64,000 bases of DNA, from assembly GCA_002269645.1 (NCBI GenBank), contig NIVC01002149.1, positions 1 to 64,000 on the forward strand, in the 5' to 3' direction. The DNA comes from Macrostomum lignano (taxonomy: Eukaryota). Numbering within the stretch: the first letter of the stretch is position 1; every line of letters begins with the position of its first letter. Positions 13,301 through 24,397 of this stretch are shown one piece after another. The notes beneath the pieces are model-generated. The model saw nothing but the letters and a program-made list of their open reading frames with translations, had not been told where the DNA came from and searched no databases. Both the position numbers and the translations under genes were made by a program.

Positions 13301-14766
13301 GCCCAGTTAGCTATGAAATACAGTGGATTGCTAATCTAGCTCAGTTAGCTATGAAATACAGTGGATTGCTAATCTAGCCCAGTTAGCTATGGAATACAGT
13401 GGATTGCTAATCTAGCTCAGTTAGCTATGGAATACAGTGGATTGCTAATCTAGCCCAGTTAGCTATGGAATACAGTGGATTGCTAATCTAGCCCAGTTAG
13501 CTATGGAATACAGTGGATTGCTAATCTAGCCCAGTTAGCTATGGAATACAGTGGATTGCTAATCTAGCTCAGTTAGCTATGGAATACAGTGGATTGCTAA
13601 TCTAGCTCAGTTAGCTATGGAATACAGTGGATTGCTAATCTAGCCCAGTTAGCTATGAAATACAGTGGATTGCTAATCTAGCTCAGTTAGCTATGAAATA
13701 CAGTGGATTGCTAATCTAGCTCAGTTAGCTATGGAATACAGTGGATTGCTAATCTAGCTCAGTTAGCTATGGAATACAGTGGATTGCTAATCTAGCTCAG
13801 TTAGCTATGGAATACAGTGGATTGCTAATCTAGCTCAGTTAGCTATGGAATACAGTGGATTGCTAATCTAGCTCAGTTAGCTATGGAATACAGTGGATTG
13901 CTAATCTAGCTCAGTTAGCTATGGAATACAGTGGATTGCTAATCTAGCCCAGTTAGCTATGAAATACAGTGGATTGCTAATCTAGCTCAGTTAGCTATGA
14001 AATACAGTGGATTGCTAATCTAGCCCAGTTAGCTATGGAATACAGTGGATTGCTAATCTAGCTCAGTTAGCTATGGAATACAGTGGATTGCTAATCTAGC
14101 TCAGTTAGCTATGGAATACAGTGGATTGCTAATCTAGCTCAGTTAGCTATGGAATACAGTGGATTGCTAATCTAGCCCAGTTAGCTATGAAATACAGTGG
14201 ATTGCTAATCTAGCTCAGTTAGCTATGAAATACAGTGGATTGCTAATCTAGCCCAGTTAGCTATGAAATACAGTGGATTGCTAATCTAGCTCAGTTAGCT
14301 ATGGAATACAGTGGATTGCTAATCTAGCCCAGTTAGCTATGAAATACAGTGGATTGCTAATCTAGCCCAGTTAGCTATGGAATACAGTGGATTGCTAATC
14401 TAGCCCAGTTAGCTATGGAATACAGTGGATTGCTAATCTAGCTCAGTTAGCTATGGAATACAGTGGATTGCTAATCTAGCTCAGTTAGCTATGGAATACA
14501 GTGGATTGCTAATCTAGCCCAGTTAGCTATGGAATACAGTGGATTGCTAATCTAGCTCAGTTAGCTATGGAATACAGTGGATTGCTAATCTAGCTCAGTT
14601 AGCTATGGAATACAGTGGATTGCTAATCTAGCTCAGTTAGCTATGGAATACAGTGGATTGCTAATCTAGCCCAGTTAGCTATGGAATACAGTGGATTGCT
14701 AATCTAGCTCAGTTAGCTATGGAATACAGTGGATTGCTAATCTAGCCCAGTTAGCTATGAAATACA
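10376..14766. repeat. 4.4-kb satellite, 38/39-bp unit, ~115 copies
   Basis: Left part mostly 39-bp GCCCAGTTAGCTATGAAATACAGTGGATTTCTAATCTTA; from ~11585 mostly 38-bp GCTCAGTTAGCTATGGAATACAGTGGATTGCTAATCTA. Confidence 0.97.
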
Positions 14767-15149
14767 GAAGTGAGTGGCTAAAAGAGCCATCACAGTCACG
14801 GGTAACTTAATTTTACGTTAATAGATTTCAGGTCTTTGCATTATTAACCCAAGACAGTCGAATTATTTGTCACTAGTATCAGTTTGTTAGAAGACTAAAG
14901 TACGCAAAACCGATGTCCTTCTGCTGAGTTCTCTGACCGGCACCTTTGAGTTTAACCTGTGCTCGCTGTTAGCTTGGCAATTAGATTTTTAAGCGCCGCA
15001 TCTGCGGACACGAATGTTAGTAAAAGCTTCACGGATATTTCACTCAGTAAAGATTGGCCAATTGTTGAGCGAGTTCCAGTATGCGGCCTCATTTTGCAGG
15101 CTAACTTAACGCCTTTGGCTTGGTTATTTGCTTTTAACTAAATAGATTC

Positions 15150-15780
15150 TCCTCTCATGGTGAGATTCTGGGGCTAGATTATCTCCATGGTGAGATTCTG
15201 GGGCTAGATTATCCCCATGGTTGAAATCCGAGGCTAGATTATCCTCATGGTGAGATTCTGGGGCTAGATTGTCCCCTTGGTGAGATTCTGGGGCTATATT
15301 GTCTCCATGGTGAGAGTCGGGCTAGATTGTCCCCATGATGAGAATCCGGGGCTAGATTATCCCCATGATGAGAATCCGGGGCTCTACTCCATGGTGAGAG
15401 TTTGGGGCTAGATTATCTCCATGGTGAGATTCTGGGGCTAGATTATCCCCATGGTTGAAATCCGAGGCTAGATTATCCCCATGGTGAGAATCCGGGGCTA
15501 GATTATCCCCATGGTGAGAATCCGGGGCTAGATTATCCCCATGGTGAGAATCCGGGGCTAGATTATCCCCATGATGAGAATCCGGGGCTAGATTATCCCC
15601 ATGATGAGAATCCGGGGCTAGATTATCCCCATGATGAGAATCCGGGGCTAGATATCTCCATGGTGAGAATCCGGGGCTAGATTATCCCCATGATGAGAAT
15701 CCGGGGCTAGATATCCCCATGGTGAGAATCCGGGGCTAGATTATCCCCATGATGAGAATCAGGGGCTAGATATCCCCATT
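15150..15780. repeat. ~30-bp minisatellite, ~20 copies, upstream of ATP5MC
   Basis: Unit GATTATCCCCATGGTGAGAATCCGGGGCTA. Confidence 0.92.
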
Positions 15781-15835
15781 TGCGCCTCAATTCCTATTGC
15801 AGCTGTAGCGCAGCGATTTCCATCCGTCTAACTGA

Positions 15836-16222
<387 letters not shown>

Positions 16223-16629
16223 GCTGCCCGGCTGGCGCACAAATAACTAATATTTCACTACTGCAACAATAGAATTGTTTGTCTGTGTAGCCTTTTCTAA
16301 GCCTAGACCGGTTTGTCAATCTGCGGATAGCGTAATCGCTAATGTACTTTTATTACTTTGTTGTGGACCATCTTTGTGAATGATTCTTCGTCATACTGTT
16401 ATGCAAGCGCTGATGCAGGCACCAACCAAAACTCCCTTCAATAGCTGTCAGCCCCGTGTTAGAATTTAAAAATAGCTAGCTTTTAATAAATTATTGGTGA
16501 AAAAGCGAATCAATGATGATCAATGAGAGACCAGTAAGAACTAGTGGCGCTGAAATAATTTCCCAATCTGGCTCTGTGTGCCCTTATTTTGTGCTGTTTC
16601 TGTGGCTGACATTGTCTATAATGAATAGA

Positions 16630-17315
16630 TGGAAGCTGGTAGGAGACGGGGAAGCTGGTAGGTGACAGGGAACCAGGTAGGAGACAGGGAACCAGGTGGG
16701 AGACAGGGAACCAGGTGGGAGACAGGGAACCAGGTGGGAGACAGGAAACCAGGTGGGAGACAGGGAAGCGGGTAGGAGACAGGGAAGCGGGTAGGAGACA
16801 GGGAAGCGGGTAGGAAACAGGGAAGCAGGTGGGAGACAGGGAAGCTGGTAGGAGACAGGAAGCTGGTGGGAGACAGGGAACCAGGTGGGAGTCAGGGAAG
16901 CTGGTAGGAAACGGGGAAGCTGGTAGAAGACAGGGAAGCTGGTAGGAAACATGGAAGCTGGTAGGTGACAGGGAACCAGGTGGGAGACAGGGAACCAGGT
17001 GGGAGACAGGGAAGCTGGTAGGTGACAGGGAAGCTGGTAGGAAACGGGGAAGCTGGTAGAAGACAGGGAAGCTGATTGGAGACACAGGGGAAGCAGGTTG
17101 GAGACACAGGGGAAGCAGGTTGGAAACACAGGGGAAGCAGGTTGGAGACACGGGAAGCAGGTTGGAGACACGGGAAGCAGGTTGGAGACACAGGGGAAGC
17201 AGGCTGGAGACACGGGAAGCAGGTTGGAGACACAAGGGAAGCAGGTTGGAGACACAAGGGAAGCAGGTTGGAGACACAGGGGAAGCAGGTGGAAGACACA
17301 GGGGAAGCTGGTGGC
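16630..17315. repeat. Composite purine-rich minisatellite (19-22-bp units) between ATP5MC and MDH2
   Basis: GGGAGACAGGGAACCAGGT units grading into GGAGACACAGGGGAAGCAGGTT units. Confidence 0.9.
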
Positions 17316-17440
17316 AGATAATAGATGAAGTGGATGGGAGACTCTAAAATAGGTCTAAAACTTTGCAGTTATACCGGTAAACCCGCACTTTTCTTGCCAT
17401 TTCTCTTTTCATGCTTCCCAGCGCCTCATCAACAGCAGCC

Positions 17441-19974
17441 ATGGCCAGCCGCGCTCTCAACCTGTTCACCATCTGCCGCCGCCAGTTCGGCACCACCGGC
17501 TCCCTCGCCTCCAAGGTGGCCGTGCTTGGCGCCAGCGGCGGCATCGGGCAGCCTCTGTCGCTGCTGCTGAAGCAGTCGCCTCTGGTCAGCCAGCTATCTC
17601 TGTACGATATTCAGGTGAGCGGCTGTGCTGAATGTGCGGAGGCCGGCTTGAGTTCCCGTTTCCCCTGCTGAAGGGAGAGCAATTTCTGTGTTGAACTGCT
17701 TTTTACCAGTTTCTCAGTTTCCAAACCACCCTCAGCCTCCCAGAGTGTCAGTTGCTGGGCCAGCCCTCCAGAGTGTCAGTTGCTGGGCCAGCCCTCCAGA
17801 GTGTCAGTTGCTGGGCCAGCCTCCCAGAGTGTCAGTTGCTGGGCCAGCCTCCCAGAGTGTCAGTTGCTTGGCCAGCCTCCCAGAGTGTCAGTTGCTGAGC
17901 CAGCCTCCCAGAGTGTCAGTTGCTGAGCCAGCCTCCCAGAGTGTCAGTTGCTGGGCCAGCCTCCCAGATCCTCAGTTGCTGTGCCAGCCTCCCAGAACCT
18001 CAGTTGCTGGGTCAGCCTCCCAGAGTGTCAGTTGCTGAGCCAGCCTCCCAGAGTGTCAGTTGCTGGGCCAGCCTCCCAGATCCTCAGTTGCTGTGCCAGC
18101 CTCCCAGAACCTCAGTTGCTGAGCCAGCCTCCCAGAGTGTCAGTTGCTGGGTCAGCCTCCCAGAGTGTCAGTTGCTGGGCCAGCCTCCCAGATCCTCAGT
18201 TACTGGGCCAGCCTCCCAGAGCCTCAGTTGCTGGGCCAGCCTCCCAAATCCTCAGTTGCTGGGCCAGCCTCCCAAATCCTCAGTTGCTGGGCCAGCCTCC
18301 CAGCTCCTCAGTTACTGGGCCAGCCTCCCAGAGCCTCAGTTGCTGGGCCAGCCTCCCAGCTCCTCAGTTGCTGGGCCAGCCTCCCAAATCCTCAGTTGCT
18401 GGGCCAGCCTCCCAGCTCCTCAGTTGCTGGGCCAGCCTCCCAGATCCTCAGTTGCTGGGCCAGCCTCCCAGCTCCTCAGTTGCTGGGCCAGCCTCCCAAA
18501 TCCTCAGTTGCTGGGCCAGCCTCCCAGCTCCTCAGTTGCTGGGCCAGCCTCCCAGCTCACCAGCCTTCACACCGAATCGCCCCCGCCACATCCGCAGGGA
18601 GTGAAGGGCGTGGCCGCCGACCTGAGCCACATCTCCACCAAGGCGGAGGTCAGCGGCTTTGACGGTCCGGCCAGCCTGTCGGACTGCCTGAAGGGCAGTC
18701 GAGTTGTTGTCATCCCGGCCGGGGTGCCGCGCAAGCCCGGCATGACCCGGGATGACCTCTTCAACACGAATGCGGGCATCGTAGCCGACTTGATCACCGC
18801 CGTGGCCAAGACCTGCCCGAAGGCCATGATCTGCATTGTGACCAACCCGGTCAACTCCACCGTGCCCATCGCAGCGGAGATCCTCAAGAAGCACAACGCG
18901 TACGATCCCAGGCGCCTGTTTGGAGTCACCACGCTGGACATTGTGCGATCCAACGCCTTCGTGGCCGAGGCCAAGGGGCTGGACGTGTCCAAGGTGAGGC
19001 TCTGTCTGCTGCGTCCTTGAGGGGCACAAGGGAGATGGGATAGAATTTGAAGGAAATGGGGTGGATGAAGGAAATGGGGTAGGTAGAGAGGAAATGGGGT
19101 AGGTAGAGAGGGAAATGGGGTAGGTAGAGAGGGAAATGGGTAGATGAGGGAAATGGGGAAGACGAGCGAAAATGGAGTAGATAAAGGAAAATGGGGTAGA
19201 TGGTGAGGGAATGGGGTAGATAGTGAGGGAAATGGGTAGATAGTGAGGGAAATGGGGTAGGTAGTGAAGGAAATGGGGTAGATGAGGGAAATGGGGAAGA
19301 CGAGCGAAAATGGAGTAGATAAAGGAAAATGGGGTAGATGGTGAGGGAATGGGGTAGATGGTGAGGGAATGGGGTAGATAATGATGGGAACCGGTTAGAC
19401 TCCGAGGGAGATTGGGTAGGCGGTAAAAAGGAAGTAGACTTCAAGAGATACGGGTATGCTCTGGGGTAGACTCCAGGGGAGGCGGTAGAGTGGACACTGA
19501 AGCAGCTGAGCACCACCGCTGCACTCGCAGGTGAGCGTGCCGGTGATCGGCGGGCACAGCGGCGTCACGATCATCCCAGTGATCAGCCAGGCGGTGCCCA
19601 GCGTGAGCTTCAAGGCGCAGGACCGAGAGACGCTGACCACGCGCATTCAGAACGCTGGCACCGAGGTGGTGAACGCCAAGGCCGGCGCCGGCTCCGCCAC
19701 GCTGTCCATGGCGTTCGCCGCCGAGAAATTCGTCGACTCCGTCCTGCAGGCCATCGACGGCAAGCGCGGCGTGATCGAGTGCGCCTTCGTGGAGTCCACG
19801 GTGACGGAGGCGCCGTACTTCTCCACGCCGCTGCTGCTGGGCCGGGACGGAGTGGAGGAGAACCTGGGCCTGGGCAACCTGATCGAGTTCGAGGCCAAGC
19901 TACTGCAGGCCGCCATGCCAGAGCTGCAGCAGAACATCGCCAAGGGCGTGAAGTTCGTGAAGGAGCGCTACTGA
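17441..19974 (+). CDS. MDH2: Mitochondrial malate dehydrogenase, 337 aa
   Basis: Exons 17441-17614, 18598-18993, 19531-19974. Motifs [65 protein letters not shown]. Confidence 0.98.
17735..18556. repeat. 28-bp minisatellite, MDH2 intron 1
   Basis: Unit CAGTTGCTGGGCCAGCCTCCCAGAGTGT with a graded variable 3' part. Confidence 0.95.
19030..19400. repeat. Purine/G-rich degenerate repeat, MDH2 intron 2
   Basis: GAGGGAAATGGGGTAG(A/G)T-type units. Confidence 0.85.
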
Positions 19975-20689
19975 TCGTCCGGGATGAAGTTCAGATCTGC
20001 GACTGCCGATGGATAATATTAGAATATTTATTATGACTATATAGTTATTTACTGACTGACAACTGGGTTATGAATTATTTAGCACTGCTCTCGGTCCAAC
20101 TCGCCTCAGCCATTTGAAGTTTTTATCTAGAATCGGTAGGTTTATATTTAGTTACTGCTTATTGTGTATTAGTCAGTTAGTTCTCTTCGAGTGTCAGCCC
20201 TGCCGCGGCTCTGAGCGCGCGTTTTGCAACATTTTTTATTCATCCCTCTAGCTGGAGTTCGTTTGTTTAGTTCTGCGCTTATTTAGCTTAGATAAAAGTA
20301 CATTTTCCCAGAAAGTTCATGTAGCACTACTTTTCTTACTAGTACTATAGGCAGTAAATTAACTCTTAACTCAATGGACTGAGAAGCTGCCTGCCTTCCC
20401 GATTTCGTCTATCTTTTGATTATTAGCAAAATAATATATAGAATGAGCGACTGAGTGGTATAGAATGAAGTTGCGCGAGGTTAAAATAAATCAAGCAGGT
20501 GCTAAGCTTGACTGGACTGGGTCGAACTGCAGTCTCGTGGCTGGCTCAGCAAGGGTTCAAACTGCTCCTTTCTTATATTATTTTTGCTGCTATTTTCTGA
20601 GGCAAAATTCTATCTGCTGAGGTGAAATTTTCATTAAGCTTGAATTAGCTCAGGCGCAACTTAATTAGGCATCCATTAGTCCATGTGCA

Positions 20690-21365
20690 GTCGCATTAGG
20701 TATTAGCTGGCTCAGTTGCAACTGCATTAGGTATTAGCTGGCTCAGTTGCAACTGCATTAGGTATTAGCTGACTCAGTTGCAACTGCATTAGGTATTAGC
20801 TGGCTCAGTTGCAACTGCATTAGGTATTAGTTAGCCCAGGTGCAGCTGCATTAGGTATTAGCTGGCTCAGTTGCAACTGCATTAGGTATTAGCTGGCTCA
20901 GTTGCAACTGCATTAGGTATTAGCTGGCTCAGTTGCAACTGCATTAGGTATTAGCTGGCTCAGTTGCAACTGCATTAGGTATTAGCTGGCTCAGTTGCAA
21001 CTGCATTAGGTATTAGCTGGCTCAGTTGCAACTGCATTAGGTATTAGCTGGCTCAGTTGCAACTGCATTAGGTATTAGTTAGCCCAGGTGCAGCTGCATT
21101 AGGTATTAGCTGGCTCAGTTGCAACTGCATTAGGTATTAGCTGGCCCAGGTGCAGCTGCATTAGGTATTAGCTGGCTCAGTTCCAACTGCATTAGGTATT
21201 AGCTGGCTCAGTCCCAACTGCATTAGGTATTAGTTAGCCCATGAGCAGCTGAATTAGGTATCAGTTAGCCCATGAGCAGCTGAATTAGGTATCAGTTAGC
21301 ACAGGTGCAACTGCATTAGGTATCAGTTAGCCCAAGTGCAGCTGTAGTAGCTATTAGTTAGTCTT
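20690..21365. repeat. 31-bp minisatellite, ~21 copies, between MDH2 and LFG
   Basis: Unit CATTAGGTATTAGCTGGCTCAGTTGCAACTG, containing the perfect palindrome CAGTTGCAACTG. Confidence 0.93.
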
Positions 21366-21423
21366 GGCGCAGACTATATTAGGCATTAATTAGGCGCCAG
21401 CCGACCCCGCAGCCAGCTCCACA

Positions 21424-22137
21424 ATGTCCTCATACGACTACGAGTCGGACGGTTTCATCAGCAACATGGAGTTCTCCGATGAGTCCGTGCGCAAAGGCTT
21501 CGTCCGCAAGGTGTACGGCCTGCTCAGCCTGCAGCTCGGCATCACCCTGGGCTTTATCGCACTATTCGTGTTTTGCGAGCCGGTGAAGGAGTACTCCAAG
21601 CACAATCCCTGGCTGTACATCGTGGCCCTGGTCGCGACCCTGGTGCTGCTGGTGGTGCTGGCTTGCTGCGAGAACGCCAGGCGGGCCTTCCCGGTCAACC
21701 TGGTGCTGCTGCTGGTGTTCACCCTGTGCGAGAGCTACATGCTGGGCAGCATCTCCTCGCACTTCGACACCGATGCCGTCTTCATCGCGGTCGGCGTCAC
21801 CGCCTTCGTCGTGCTGGCCCTGACGATATTCGCCCTGCAGACCAAGATCGACTTCACCATGCTCAGCGGCATCCTGTTTGTGCTGCTCATCGTGCTGCTC
21901 CTGTTCGGCTTCCTGTGCGCCATCATCCAGTCCCGCTTCGCCACCCTGGCCTACTCCTGCCTGGGAGCCCTGCTGTTCAGCGTCTACCTGGTGGTGGACA
22001 CCCAGCTGATGCTGGGCGGCAAGCACAAGTACGCACTGTCGCCCGAGGAGTACATCTTTGCCGCCCTCAACCTGTACCTGGATATTATCAACCTGTTCCT
22101 CTTCATCCTGGCTATTATCCAGGGCGCCAGAGACTGA
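21424..22137 (+). CDS. Protein lifeguard / TMBIM (Bax inhibitor-1 family), 237 aa
   Basis: VRKGFVRKVYGLLSLQL, FALQTKIDFT, SVYLVVDTQLMLGGKH..LSPEEYIFAALNLYLDIINLF: LFG/TMBIM1-3-type multi-pass membrane protein. An acceptor (CCGCAG) lies 12 nt upstream of the ATG, so an upstream exon is possible. Confidence 0.95.
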   Translation: MSSYDYESDGFISNMEFSDESVRKGFVRKVYGLLSLQLGITLGFIALFVFCEPVKEYSKHNPWLYIVALVATLVLLVVLACCENARRAFPVNLVLLLVFTLCESYMLGSISSHFDTDAVFIAVGVTAFVVLALTIFALQTKIDFTMLSGILFVLLIVLLLFGFLCAIIQSRFATLAYSCLGALLFSVYLVVDTQLMLGGKHKYALSPEEYIFAALNLYLDIINLFLFILAIIQGARD

Positions 22138-22197
22138 GGGCTTGTTTGCTTCGTTGTGGAACCGATTGATTAAGACTGTTGTGCTCTTGTTGGCGTT

Positions 22198-22198
22198 G

Positions 22199-22275
<77 letters not shown>

Positions 22276-22305
22276 GATAGATCTTTAGCCAGATAGATAG
22301 ATAGA
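22198..22305. repeat. (GATA)n microsatellite in the LFG 3' region
   Basis: About 19 perfect GATA units plus a degenerate tail. Confidence 0.95.
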
Positions 22306-22984
22306 TCTGCTTCTGCGTGCTTTTGCTATTCGGAAACCATTATTTGTTCCGTTAATTTTTCTTCATGAAAGCTTGCATTATACAGTATGACAACATGTGC
22401 ATGTGCTGGCTTTTATTGGCAAGCAACGTCCCCGATCCAGTCATATCCAGTTCAGGGACTGTCAGTATTTAGTAGTCCCTGATCCAGTTGCACAGCTCTC
22501 ACGGCTTGTACATTCATACGGTACAGTGTCTACTGAGTTGTGTTGCCCCTTCGCTCCCGCGGCGTCATCGAATTATCGGCTCTGACCTCGAAAGTGTATT
22601 CAAGTTTCTTTTCCTCTTCAATCGCGTTTTCTGGCACAAGTTGCTGGCTTTTACTCGTTATACGTCAAGTCAAATCCTTTAATCTCGTGTTGTTATCCAG
22701 ACTTTGGCTATAAATTCAGCCAATTTCGTGTCATACCGGAATACACAGCGCGTCTCTTCATTGCTCTCGATTTTGTGAGTTTTCTTTAGAGCGGACATAT
22801 CGAATATTCAGTCAATGCCAAAATAAGCAACATTGCTGTTTGTTTTATTTTTTTCATCATTTTGTACTTTGAAAATTGAAGAATTTCAGAACTCAGACTG
22901 CTTTGAGCGCACCAGCTGTTGGCTGCCAAAGAATTTCTGAAACCAATTGTTCCAAAGATTAAACCTGTTTTAGTAGAAATCACT

Positions 22985-24205
22985 TTAGGGATTCGACAGC
23001 TGGGAGAGCTCAAGAATGTCAGTGATTGGGATTCGACACCTGTTGGGAGAGCTCAAGAATGTCAGTGATTGGGATTCGACACCTGTTGGGAGAACTCAAG
23101 AATGTCAGTGATTGGGATTCGACACCTGTTGGGAGAACTCAAGAATGTCAGTGATTGGGATTCGACAGCTGGGAGAGCTCAAGAATGTCAGTGATTGGGA
23201 TTCGACACCTGTTGGGAGAACTCAAGAATGTCAGTGATTGGGATTCGACACCTGTTGGGAGAACTCAAGAATGTCAGTGATTGGGATTCGACACCTGTTG
23301 GGAGAGCTCAAGAATGTCAGTGATTGGGATTCGACACCTTTTGGGAGAGCTCAAGAATGTCAGTGATTGGGATTCGACACCTGCTGGGAGAACTTAAGAA
23401 TGTCAGTGATTGGGATTCGACACCTGCTGGGAGAGCTCAAGAATGTCAGTGATTGGGATTCGACTCCTGTTGGGAGAGCTCAAGAATGTCAGTGATTGGG
23501 ATTCGACACCTGCTGGGAGAGCTCAAGAATGTCAGTGCTTGGGATTCGACACCTGCTGGGAGAGCTCAAGAATGTCAGTGATTGGGATTCGACACCTGCT
23601 GGGAGAGCTCAAGAATGTCAGTGATTGGGATTCGACACCTGCTGGGAGAGCTCAAGAATGTCAGTGATTGGGATTCGACACCTGCTGGGAGAGCTCAAGA
23701 ATGTCAGTGATTGGGATTCGACTCCTGTTGGGAGAGCTCAAGAATGTCAGTGATTGGGATTCGACACCTGTTGGGAGAGCTCAAGAATGTCAGTGATTGG
23801 GATTCGACACCTGTTGGGAGAGCTCAAGAATGTCAGTGATTGGGATTCGACACCTTTTGGGAGAGCTCAAGAATGTCAGTGATTGGGATTCGACTCCTGT
23901 TGGGAGAGCTCAAGAATGTCAGTGATTGGGATTCGACACCTGTTGGGAGAACTCAAGAATGTCAGTGATTGGGATTCGACACCTTTTGGGAGAGCTCAAG
24001 AATGTCAGTGATTGGGATTCGACTCCTGTTGGGAGAGCTCAAGAATGTCAGTGATTGGGATTCGACACCTGCTGGGAGAGCTCAAGAATGTCAGTGATTG
24101 GGATTCGACACCTGTTGGGAGAGCTCAAGAATGTCAGTGATTGGGATTCGACACCTGTTGGGAGAGCTCAAGAATGTCAGTGATTGGGATTCGACTCCTG
24201 TTGGG
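22985..24205. repeat. 43-bp satellite, ~28 copies, between convergent genes
   Basis: Unit GGGATTCGACACCTGTTGGGAGAGCTCAAGAATGTCAGTGATT; no spacers. Confidence 0.96.
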
Positions 24206-24397
24206 AGATCTTACTGGAGAGCTCAAGAGCTCTTACTGGAGATCCTCCTAAAAAGGATCAAAATACGGCACGTGGTCAGTCAGTTCTTACTGGTTGCTAT
24301 TTGAAACCTGAGGGCTGAACTTTTATTTATTAATTTGTTCAACAAATCAAGAAGCCCGGCAACAAGCATGCAGCTACACGGCAGGAGTTCCAGTCAA

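Noticed and set aside
22985-24205. CRISPR-like appearance of the 43-bp array (also the 38/39-, 49- and 51-bp arrays)
   Set aside because: Units are head-to-tail with no unique spacers, there are no cas genes, and the context is eukaryotic.
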